From Octopus sinensis (Eukaryota), in assembly GCF_006345805.1 (NCBI RefSeq), contig NC_042998.1, positions 199,082,001 to 199,146,000 on the forward strand: a stretch of DNA of 64,000 nucleotides, given 5' to 3'. Both the position numbers and the translations under genes were made by a program. Positions within the stretch are counted from its first letter, which is position 1, and each line of letters begins with the position of its first letter. Positions 37,488-48,539 of the stretch are shown in pieces. The notes beneath the pieces were generated by a model. That model was not told where the DNA came from. It worked only from the letters and a program-made list of their open reading frames with translations, and ran no database searches.

Positions 37488-37892
37488 TCGACTACGATGC
37501 GATCTCCACACGTCGTTTTACTTGTCAGGTGAAATTTTAACACCAATTTGTTAGCAACCAATCAGTAACCAGTAATGTGTATATTGCCTGACATTCCCAA
37601 CTGGCAGCTTATTCATTCTCCACGTTTTCAGCAACTCTTAGAACTCACTACATTGGTGACACCGGCGTAATAAAAGTATATAGCGGTTCTAATGCATCTG
37701 GGATATTTATTGGTTATTTATATCATCTGTGATGAATTAAATAACAATGTTGTTTGATGCCTCAATCACGTGTTGTCATTAATGATTGACCTAATCGTTT
37801 CTGTGAAAATTTGCATGATAATAAACTATTATTTATTACACAATATTCCTGGTGTCTAAATTAATGAACTCTTTGCTGGTATGAACGTCAGA

Positions 37893-38470
37893 TGCTTGGC
37901 GGTATTTCGTCTGCTGTTACGTTCAAATTCTTCCGAGGTCGACTTTGCTTTTCATCCTTTCGGGGTCGATAAATTAAGTACCAGTTACGCACTGGGGTCG
38001 ATGTAATCGACTTAATACCTATGTCTGTCCTTGTTTGTCCCTTCTATGTTTAGCCCCTTGTGGGTAGTAAAGAAATAGGTATGAACGTCAGATGCTTTGC
38101 GGTATTTCGTCTGCCGTTACGTTCTGAGTTCAAATTCCGCCGAAGTAGACTTTGTCGTTCATCCTTTCGGGGTCGATAAATTAAGTACCAGTTACGCACT
38201 GGGGGTTCGATGTAATCAACTTAATCCGTTTGTCTGTCCTTATTTGTCTCCTCTGTGTTTAGCCCCTTGTGGGTAGTAAAGAAATAGGTATTTCGTCTGC
38301 CGTTACGTTCTGAGTTCAAATTCCGCCGAGGTCGACTTTGCCTTTCATCCTTTCGGGGTCGATTAAATAAGTACCAGTTACATACTGGGGTCGATGCAAT
38401 CGACTTAATCCGTTTGTCTGTCCTTGTTTGTCCCCTCTGTGTTTAGCTCCTTGTGGGTAATAAAGAAATA
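37893..38470 (+). mobile_element. SINE-A cluster of three head-less units
   Basis: Triple direct repeat ggtatgaacgtcaga at 37878, 38078 and 38471. Confidence 0.88.
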
Positions 38471-38653
38471 GGTATGAACGTCAGAAAGTATTTATAGAAC
38501 TGGATTGCTGATAAATCGGTGACATTTAGGTTGAAGACATAACATTTCAACCATCATGTAAGGTTTTGGAACAAGATCGCATTGTAGTCTAGTCGCTACA
38601 ATAGTTATGACAAAATAAAGCTGAACCATGTGTTATACCGTAGCAATCTGAAA

Positions 38654-39351
38654 TAGTGATTCTCAAATATGACCCTTGGGGGTCCATATTAGATTTTGTT
38701 GTTCAGTTTTATGAGCAAAAAAAAATGTGGTTATAATTCTACAATACACAAGATATTTTAATTAATTTTTAATGCAATTACTAATAATATTTAATTATAA
38801 AAATTTAATAACACTTTTTAAAAACATTGAATGGCTACGAGAGTCCATCTGAGTAAAATAGGAATCAAAGGGGATCTTTTTGGTTTGAACGGCAGATTTT
38901 TTTAATAATTTCCACGTAACTAAACACTTTTAAACTTCGTATATTGGTAGAATGTGTTTATAAAACATCTTTTTCTCTTGGCTTTATTGAGAAAATTCTA
39001 TAGTTTGTAAGATATTCGTTGTTTTTTTTCTTCAATTTCTGCAATTTCAACCAATCAATGACGTCTATTGAGATGAAAACATTCTCTGCCGTATGAATAT
39101 GTCCCTCGTTTAAGAAACAGATTGGGTTTATTTACATTTCTGAAGAAAAAAAGATACCCTTCCCCCCACTCCTAAACCTAACCCTAACCCTAACTAACCC
39201 TAACCCTAAAATAGATTGAAATGCAATAGATCGATACTAGGGTCATAATTATGGGTGACAATTTCATATGACACCGCTAGAAAAAACTGTCGTTCAAACC
39301 GAAAAGATCCATCAAAGGGGTACGTAGTGAAAAATTGGTTGAGAATCACTG
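38654..39351. mobile_element. hAT (Charlie-type) non-autonomous element with a nested insertion
   Basis: TIR tagtgattctcaa / ttgagaatcactg; 8-bp flanks atctgaaa / gtctaaag resemble the NTCTAGAN target. Confidence 0.6.
38878..39305. mobile_element. TIR element containing telomere-like (CCCTAA)n
   Basis: IR tttggtttgaacggcag / ctgtcgttcaaaccgaaa; ccctaa repeats at ~39171-39208. Confidence 0.6.
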
Positions 39352-39770
39352 GTCTAAAGCTTTCGACAAGGTCGCTCACCCCTACGTGGCTGCTACCGTA
39401 AGTGCTGGTCTCCAGCTATTTACGTCCTGAACTCAAATCCTACTGAGATCAACTCTACTTTTCATTCTTTCGAGGCCAATAACATAAAGTATCAGTTAAA
39501 CAGAAGGATCGATTTAGTAAACTAACCCGTTTCCCTCCCTGCTACTGGTATTGCGCCCTAAATTACAAACAGTTAAAGGTAGTGAGCTGGCAGAATCGTT
39601 AAAACGTCGGTTTGCGATAGTTGTTCTGATATTTTATGTTCTAAGTTCAAATGCTTCTGAGATCAACTTTGCTCTTGATACCACCCGATCCAATGAAATC
39701 AAGTACGAAAAAAAGTACGGGTAAATAATAAAAATATAATGCCAAACAAGTACTATACATGTACAGGGGA

Positions 39771-40004
39771 TAAGGCGGCGAGCTGGCAGAAACGTTAGCG
39801 CGCCGGGCGAAATGCGTAGCCGTATTTCGTCTGCCGTTACGTTCTGAGTTCAAATTCTGCCGAGGTCGACTTTGCCTTTCATCCTTTCGGGATCGATAAA
39901 TTAAGTACCAGTTTCGCACTGAGGTCGATGTAATCGACTTAATCCCTTTGTCTGTCCTTGTTTGTCCTCTCTGTGTTTAGCCCCTTGTGGGTAATAAAGA
40001 AATA
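39771..40004 (+). mobile_element. SINE-A monomer flanked by a ~150-bp duplication
   Basis: Flanks 39611-39769 and 40016-40157. Confidence 0.88.
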
Positions 40005-40350
40005 GGTATAAATACTTTGCGATAGTTGTTCTGATATTTTATGTTCTAAGTTCAACTTTGCTCTTGATACCACCCGATCCAATGAAATCAAGTACGAAAA
40101 AAGTACGGGTAAATAATAATAATATAATGCCACACAAGTACTATACGTGTACAGGGGTCGATGCTCCCGACTCGTTCCTCTCCTCAAAACTGTAGGGTTT
40201 TTGTATCTGGTCGCTTTGTGTTGTTGCGTACTTTAACGACACAGTCATACGCCGCACTACGTAGCTTGGCTACGTGCAAGAGTTCCATTTGTTTTCCGTT
40301 ACACAGACAATGGCCTATGTAATTGTCAAGTCCTGCTATGATCTATATGT

Positions 40351-40571
40351 TACTCTTTACTCTTTTACTCTTTTACTTGTTTCAGTCATTTGACTGCGGC
40401 CATGCTGGAGCACCGCCTTTCAGTCGAGCAAATCGACCCCGGGACTTATTCTTTGTAAGTCCGTCACTTATTCTATCGGACTTTTTGCCGAACCGCTAAG
40501 TGACGGGGACGTAACACACCAGCATCGGTTGTCAAGCAATGCTAGGGGGACAAACAGACACACAAACACAC

Positions 40572-40653
<82 letters not shown>

Positions 40654-40842
40654 CGGAGATGTATTCGCATAGCAAGTAATTTGATCTGAGATCGTGTGCT
40701 GAAACGAAAACAATTGCAGCGTGGAAGGTGTTTATAAGCCATTTAAGAAACACACAAAAGCCGTTCGATTCACTCCAACATTTAAGTTTAATTTGTCAAA
40801 ATATTTTCGTCGCTAAAATCCGCGACCTGTTCACTGACAAAG

Positions 40843-40877
<35 letters not shown>

Positions 40878-41053
40878 TATATATATATACGACAGGCTTC
40901 TTTCAGTTTCCGTCTACCAAATCCACTCACAAGGCATTGGTCGGCCCGGGGCTATAGCAGAAGACACTTGCCCAATATGCCACGCAGTGGGACTGAACCC
41001 GGAACCATGTGGTTGGTTAGCAAGCTACTTACCACACAGCCACTCCTGCGCCT
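40351..41053 (-). mobile_element. SINE-B with a nested element (40651-40843) in its internal (TA)n
   Basis: 3' half 40351-40580, 5' half 40888-41053. Confidence 0.88.
40792..40841 (-). ncRNA. Putative minimal type-I hammerhead ribozyme, G3:C8 variant
   Basis: TTTGTCA-GTGAACA-G-GTCGC(GGATTTTA)GCGAC-GAAA-ATAT-T-T-TGACAAA. Confidence 0.6.
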
Positions 41054-41307
41054 ATGTTGTATAAGTAAGTAATGTAAGTTGTAGAGAGTGAAGACAAATA
41101 GGTATTTGTCTGTAAGGTTTTAATTATTCCCAAGGTGCTGATCATTATTACAAGAATTAGTTCTGCTTTTATTCCCCACGTTCTTCTAAACTCCATTTCC
41201 ATTTTATTCAGATAATTACTCGTACACTAACTATAGTCTTCTGCGACTATTTCATTAGGAGTTCTTGCTGAACGTGTCCATCTCTTGTGAATCAACAGTT
41301 AAGCAAT

Positions 41308-41402
41308 CACCATCATCATCATCATCATCATCACCACCACCCCCATCCTCCTTCTCTTCCTCCTTCTCTCCCTCCTCATCATCATCGTCATCATCGTCGT
41401 CG

Positions 41403-41436
<34 letters not shown>
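41308..41436. repeat. (CAT)n/(CAC)n microsatellite
   Basis: Direct reading. Confidence 0.95.
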
Positions 41437-41457
41437 AGCTACTTCATCATCACTACC

Positions 41458-41688
41458 TATTTCTTTACTACCCACAAGGGGCTGAACACAGAGAGGACAA
41501 ACAAGGACAGACAAACGGATTAAGTCGATTACATCGACCCCAGTGCGTAACTGGTACTTAATTTATCGATCCCGAAAGGATGAAAGGCAAAGTCGACCTC
41601 GGCGGAATTTGAACTCAGAACCTAGCGGCAGACGAAATACTGCTAAGCATTTCGCCCGGCGTGCTAACGTTTCTGCCAGCTCACCGCC
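41458..41688 (-). mobile_element. SINE-A monomer
   Basis: TSD cttcatcatcactacc (41442-41457, 41688-41703). Confidence 0.9.
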
Positions 41689-41703
41689 TTCATCATCACT
41701 ACC

Positions 41704-42143
41704 GCTATTACTACTACTACCATTACTATCACTACCATTCTACCATCACCACCACAACTACTGCCATCACGGGTACTACTACCACCACCACAACTACCAC
41801 CACTACAACCGCCACCACAACTATCACACCACTATTTCTACTACTACTATTACTACTACTACTATTATTACTACTACTACTATTACTACTACTACAACCA
41901 CTGCAACTACCACCATTAAAACTGCTATCACCCTTACTACCACCTCCACTACTATCACCATTACTATTAATACAACTGCCACTGCAACAAACACCGCCAT
42001 TACTACTACTACTACCACCACTACTACTACTACTACCACTACTACTGCTACTACAAATAATTCTACTACTACTACTACTACTGCTACTACAACTTCTACT
42101 ACTACTACTACTTCTAATACTACTACTACTGCTACTACTACTT

Positions 42144-42185
<42 letters not shown>

Positions 42186-42226
42186 ATACTACTACTACTC
42201 TACTACTACTACTACTACTACTACTA
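41704..42226. repeat. (CTA)n/(CCA)n microsatellite array
   Basis: Direct reading. Confidence 0.95.
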
Positions 42227-42662
42227 TCGTTCCAGCTCGCCCAGAGTCGCCTGAATTAATTCCTCAACCCGAGGGAAGGATAAACAACAACAACAGGTTC
42301 GAAGTACTTCAACAAAAGAACAGCAAAAGAGGCGAAAGTGCGGAAGGCGAGGTCGGAGGAAAGAAACACTATAAGAATCGTGAAAGGAGCAGAGAGAGAA
42401 AAGAAACAGTGTTTTGGACGACAGAGACAATGGCCCTGGAGGAATTCACAAAACATGCTGTTTTTAATAAAAAATAAATAAAAAATTTCATTTCTTTATT
42501 ATTTCAGTCGCAATATTTTTTACACGTGACTTCAAATATTTTCTTCATGGCTGAACAATTTATTTATAGAACACGGTCAGTAAAACTTAGAAGGTTAAAA
42601 TAGCATCAGAAAAGCTAATTGCGATATTCAGTATTTCAATGTACATGTGATAGAAATTCGTT

Positions 42663-43012
42663 GAGGCGCAATGGCCCAGTGGTTAGGGCAGCGGACTCGC
42701 GGTCGTAGATCGCGGTTTCGATTCCCAGACCGGGCGTTGTGAGTGTTTATTGAGCGAAAGCACCTAAAGCTCCACGAGGCTCCGGTAGGGGGGTGGGTGG
42801 AGATCCCTGCTGTACTCTTTCAGCACAACTTTCTCTTACTTCCTGTTCTGTTGTACCTGTATTTCAAAGGGCCGGCTGTGTCACGCTGAATATCCCCGAG
42901 AACTACGGTAAGGGTACACGTGTCTGTGGAGTGCTCAGCCACTTACACATTAATTTCACGAGCAGGCTGTTCCGTTGATTCGAATCAACCGGAACCGACG
43001 GAGTGCTTCCAC
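42663..43012 (+). mobile_element. Chimeric SINE, head C with tail type D
   Basis: 30-bp TSD atttcaatgtacatgtgatagaaattcgtt (42633-42662, 43013-43042). Confidence 0.9.
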
Positions 43013-43310
43013 ATTTCAATGTACATGTGATAGAAATTCGTTTATTGTTTTTTAAGGAATAATAATCTGCCGTCTGTGAGTGGGTACGAATCACAAGCGC
43101 AAAATGCTGAAAGGTGACGAAAAGATTATGATTTTTTTTTTTTGAAAGGAAATATTATAGACTGTTACTTCGCGTATACGGAACATTGAATCGCCGAAAG
43201 TGTTAGAGAAGAAACAGTGAACCGTGAAACACTCGTTGTTTGTCAAAAAGAAAATGAAGAATTGATGTGGTTTGGTTATTTAACGCAACACTATGGCAAC
43301 CTACTTGTCG

Positions 43311-43573
43311 TGAAATGCTTAGCGGTATTTCGTCTGTTTTTAGGTTCTGAATTCAAATTCCGCCAAGGTCGACTTCGCCTTTCATCCTTTCGGGGTCGAT
43401 AAATTAAGTACCAGTTACGCACTGGGGTCGATATAATCGACTTAATACCTATGTCTGTCCTTGTTTGTCCCCTCTATGTTTAGCTCCTTGTGGGTAATAA
43501 AGAAATAGGTATTTCGTCTGTTTTTAGGTTCTGAATTCAAATTCCGCCGAGGTCGACTTCGCCTTTCATCCTT
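43311..43573 (+). mobile_element. SINE-A, 1.3 units
   Basis: 66-bp internal duplication with shared private variants. Confidence 0.85.
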
Positions 43574-43574
43574 C

Positions 43575-43750
43575 TGTCTCTTTCCAGAAGTATGGCAAGG
43601 AGCGATATCTGGCTGCCACACATATGGCCATCCAGCAGTAACCCTCTCCATTCAGGAATTGACCACAGTCTACAGCAGCTTCATATAGCCATCCGAATTG
43701 AGCTTAAGGTCCCGTTCAAAGACGTGGAGATGGATTCTAGCGTGCGGACG
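43575..43750 (-). pseudogene. Tc1/mariner-superfamily transposase relic (DD37D/maT-like)
   Basis: HVFERDLKLNSDGYMKLL*TVV..MERVTAGWPYVWQPDIAPCHTSG (cf. YVWQQDSAPCHTS). Confidence 0.7.
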
Positions 43751-44204
43751 CAGTCAGAACTCTTGCTGTATCTCTTCCTGTTGGCCCCGGCTTCGTGTTC
43801 TCCGTTGCAGCAACCCATGTCACGTCTTACAGCCTTTACAATGTTTACAGAGCATTGAGCAGTAGTCATGATATCGGCATTTTGATACACGGCGCAAATC
43901 GTCATGATATAAGTAACCATTTACTGATATTCAGAAGACTTCTAATGCTCCTTGTCAGCTAACCTTTTCTCAACTACAGTTTTCATTTTTCTGCTCTCCA
44001 ACGACGTTGACTGTTCACCAATGCATCAAGCTATTTCTGCACACAAAAAAAAGGAGACAAAACGTCCTCAACTTTAGATCGAATACCTTGTAAAAAGATG
44101 ACGATCCATTGATAACAATTGTTTCTAGTTCAATAGGAACGCCTGAAAATTAGAGAAAAATGGATAGTCGATACCTTCTACTCTAGCACTTGACTGGTAC
44201 TTTA

Positions 44205-45140
44205 TTTAATCTCCCGCAAATGAAAGACAAAGTTGACCCCTCAGTGATTTGAACTCAGAATGTAAGAAAGCCGGGAAAATTTTCGGAAGGTATTTGTTCG
44301 TCTTTCTTACGATTCTGATAATGTAGCGCCCTTAATAGTATCTAATTCAGGCACAAAGCCATGAATTTTTAAGGGAAGGGTATAAGTCATTGAAGGGTAT
44401 AAGTCAATGCCATCGGCTCCATTTCTTAACTGATACTTTATCTTATCGACCATGAAATGGTGAAAGGTAAAATTAACACCATCGGAGTTTCAATTCAGAA
44501 CACAGAGAACCGACACTCTAGCAAGTCTGCCAATTCACTGATAATAATCCTTTCTACTATAGGCAACAAGGCCTGAAATTCGTGGGGCGCAGGGGCTAGT
44601 GGTAGTCGATTACCTTGCCCCCCCCCCCAGTGCCCAGCTAGCACCTATTTTATCGCCCCCCGAAAGGATGAAAGCAAGGTCGAACTTTGAGCTCAGAACA
44701 TAAAAGACAGATGAAATGGTTATTAAGCATTTTGTCCAGGGTACAAAGTTAACCCCAGTAGAATTTGGATTCAGAACATAGAGAACCGACACTGCCAGCT
44801 CGCTGCCTTAAATCCACTGATAATTAATCCTTTCAATTATAGGCGAGGAGAGGAGACTGGTCGATTACTTCAACCACAGAACGCTTTACGAATAGGTATC
44901 ACTATAATCCGTAGATAAGGCAGCGAACTGGCAGAACCGTTAACGCGCTGGGCAAAATGCTTAGAAGCATTTCGTCCGTCTTTACGTTCAGAGTTCAAAT
45001 TCCGCCGGGGTCGATTTTGCCTTTCATCCTTTCAGGGTCGATAAAATAAGTACCAGTTGAGCAGTGGGGCCGATGTAATTGACTTATCACCGCTTCTCAA
45101 CTTGATGGTTTTGAGCCATAATTTGAAACCAATAATTATA
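44205..45140. mobile_element. Cluster of older SINE-A-related copies with (TAA)n-type tails
   Basis: Degenerate gaatttgaactcagaa motifs at ~44265, 44490, 44690 and 44765 (minus); a full copy at 44915-45140 (plus). Confidence 0.65.
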
Positions 45141-45150
45141 ACGATTATTA

Positions 45151-45566
45151 TAGGCGCAGGAATGGCTGTGTGGTAAGTAGCTTGCTAACCAACCACATGG
45201 TTTCGGGTTCAGTCCCACTGCGTGGCATCTTCGGCAAGTGTCTTCTGCTATAGCCCCGGGCCGACCAATGCCCTGTGAGTGGATTTGGTAGACGGAAACT
45301 GAAAGAAGCCTGTCGTATATATGTATATATATATATATGTATGTGTCTGTATATGTTTGTGTCTGTGTTTGTCCCCCTAGCATTGCTTGACAACTGATGC
45401 TGGTGTGTTTACGTCCCCGTCACTTAGCGGTTCGGCAAAAGAGACCGATAGAATAAGTACTAGGCTTACAAAAGAATAAGTCCCGGGGTCGAGTTGCTCG
45501 ACTAAAGGCGGTGCTCCAGCATGGCCGCAGTCAAATGACTGAAACAAGTAAAAGAGTAAATGAGTA
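45151..45566 (+). mobile_element. SINE-B, full length
   Basis: Head to (AAGAGTA)n tail. Confidence 0.9.
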
Positions 45567-46045
45567 TACATTCTCTTCCCTTACACCAAGTCCTGCCGAT
45601 GATAAGAAATAACCAGAGGGTTAATTAAGAAAACGTGACCTGACCTAGGTGACACGTGACAAGAGCATCACTTGGAATTTTCATGTTGGAAGGATTCCTA
45701 CAACAGCAATATCTTTTAGAAATGTTCAGTGTCAACTGACTATATAAATACAGACTGAACAGTTGACGGATGTGGGATACCAGAGTCGAACTGGAAGAAA
45801 CGCGGAAACATCAAATATCATCCGGGTTTGTCCAACGATTATTGAAAAGTGGACAGATGAACGGAAGGTACTTATGTATGAGTCCATGTATGTATCTGTA
45901 TACGTGTGTATACACACACACGCACACATGTGTGCATTTATGGTTTTGTGTCTGTGCGTGCAGGTGTGAATCTGCATGCCTATGTATTTATAAACATTCG
46001 CCTACATGCCGGAAGTTATACATGAATACATCATTGTGTATATAT

Positions 46046-46082
<37 letters not shown>

Positions 46083-46230
46083 TATGTGAAATAGAAGCTG
46101 AATAATCTTGTAGTAGATTATCAAAAGTTTAACCGATACCTTAGTAGCAAAAATCACAGCAGTAAACAGCACGGTGGAGGTACACCATATGGTGTTGCAA
46201 CCGTGCGTTGGTGCGGATATTGAAATTAAA

Positions 46231-46383
46231 ACATTATTGGTGAATTGAAGAAATGGAGCTGAACGCAGATTGAACAGAAATCGTTTTATTTCATTCTTCG
46301 TTTATTTCATTCTTCGTGTAGAATGAAATAAAACGATTCTGTTCAATCTGCGTTCAGCTCCATTCTTCAATTCACCAATAATG

Positions 46384-46384
<1 letters not shown>
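46231..46384. repeat. Near-perfect inverted repeat (~65-bp arms)
   Basis: acattattggtgaattgaagaaatggagctgaacgcag... / ...ctgcgttcagctccattcttcaattcaccaataatgt. Confidence 0.9.
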
Positions 46385-46449
<65 letters not shown>

Positions 46450-46792
46450 GATATATAATATATATATATATATATATACATATGTACATAGACATAATTA
46501 TATACATAATTATTATTTGAGGGAATAAAATTCAAAACTTACAAGGAAAAATAAATTAAATTTAGAAATACTAAATCAATATCTCACAATATAATATATA
46601 TATATAAAAAATTAGAAAAAAAAAAACAACCTTTTACCAATTCAAAATGAACAATTAAATTACAACCATCTAGAAAATTACATATATAGAATATACATAC
46701 ATACATATCTACATATATATGTGATCTCTTGAGCACCACCAGCTCAAATATTTTCTCCTCTGTCTTCCTCCTTGGGATCTTTCCTTTTCCTT

Positions 46793-46826
46793 GTTTCCGA
46801 CGAAGAGCTCCGCTCGAACGTTAAAC
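46793..46826 (+). ncRNA. Degenerate minimal hammerhead-like motif
   Basis: GTTT-CCGACGA-A-GAGC(TCC)GCTC-GAA-CGT-T-AAAC. Confidence 0.4.
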
Positions 46827-47242
46827 CCTCCTCCCCTTCTTTCCTGAGCGTCAATAATACTTTAATTGTTCCACGTCCTGCGTTTGCTGTTTTTTTTTCT
46901 CTTTTTTTCTGTGTTTTCTTGTTTGGATTAACTATTATAATATTATATATATATATATATTATATAATATATATATATATATACATATGCACATATACGT
47001 ATATACATACACGTATGTATCTGTACATATCTATATGTCAGAACGCGTATAGATGAATTAGTTTCTATATTACTATAGGCGCACGTGTAATTGTGAATCT
47101 AAATATATAACAGCCTACACATCAGTATATATATGTAAATGTATATACATGCATACACACACATATATAGAGAGAGAGACCATGAGGGGTTTAGTTCAGA
47201 TCTAAACGAATATGGTCTTCCGTTACGTTACAATAACATAGA

Positions 47243-47617
47243 GGAGACGAATAAGGACAAAGAGATTAAGTCGAATATATCGACTCCAGTGCGTAACTGG
47301 TACTTAATATATCGACCCCGAAAGGATGAAAGGCAAAGTCTACCTCGGCGGAATTTGAACTCAGAATGTAACGGCAGACGAAATACCTATTTCTTTACTA
47401 CCCACAAAGGGCTAAACACAGAGAGGACAAACAAAGACAGACACACTGATTAAGTCGATTATATCGACTCCAGTGCGTAACTGGTACTTATTTAATCGAC
47501 CCCGAAAAGATGAAAGGCAAAGTCGACCTCGGTGGAATTTGAACTCAGAACGTAGCGGCAGACGAAATATCGCTAAGCATTTTGCCCGGCATGCTAACGA
47601 TTCTGCCAGCTCACCGC
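47243..47617 (-). mobile_element. SINE-A dimer
   Basis: Junction cggcagacgaaatacctatttctttactaccc. Confidence 0.85.
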
Positions 47618-47989
47618 ACTATTAGCAAAATATATATTAGAGAAAAAAGACAACAGAAACCAAGGCCGGGCGAGTATCTCAAGTCATTTATAATAATTCG
47701 ATTAAGGTAAGGCGAATTTGAAGTCTTACAGCTATTTCTGTGATATCTCAAGTATTATGAAAGTTCTAGACGGGGAAATCCACAGTTTATAAGGAATAAA
47801 GTAGAAGAATAAAGAGTAAAAGTAGATAGAAAAACACAGTCAGGAGAATAAAGTTCACAGTTCATCTTCTTCCAGAGGGTATGGAGGTTGGACCGTACTT
47901 CCGTGAAGGTAAAGGCCCTTAGGTATAATTCCAAGTAAATCCATAAAGTATTTTGGATGATCCGTTCACGCTGAAATTAATGGACGCAT

Positions 47990-48011
47990 TAAGAAGCCCG
48001 TCGTATATGTA

Positions 48012-48049
<38 letters not shown>

Positions 48050-48450
48050 CTCAGTCGAAGTCGAATCTCGGTTACTCGTTGGATCAGTGTCCTCCAGTCA
48101 GTTCTATCCTGGGCCGCTTCTTTCAGATTGGCTATGTCCATTCCGGTATCACTCTTGATGGTGTCAAGCCAGCGGGTTCTTGGTCGGCCTCTTCCTCTCT
48201 TGCCACTGACCATTCCGAGCATGATGTCCTTCTCTAGGGATTTTCTCCTCATAATATGAACAAAATATGTCAATCTATGCTTGATGATCCTAGCTTCTAG
48301 CGACAGTTTTGGCTTGATCTGGTTAAGAACTTCTCCATTGGTGAACCTCGCTGTCCATGGAATCCGTAAAAGTCTTTATCCAACACCAAAGCTCGAATGC
48401 AATAATTCTCTTCTGGTCAGCTTTCTTATATATATTTCTGTGTATATATA

Positions 48451-48481
<31 letters not shown>

Positions 48482-48508
48482 CATATATATATGTGTGTGT
48501 GTGTGTGG

Positions 48509-48539
<31 letters not shown>

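Noticed and set aside
41287-42259. Poly-His and mucin-like poly-Thr ORFs (238 aa)
   Set aside because: They start inside a SINE-A and run through (CAT)n/(CTA)n arrays, with no splice or domain evidence.
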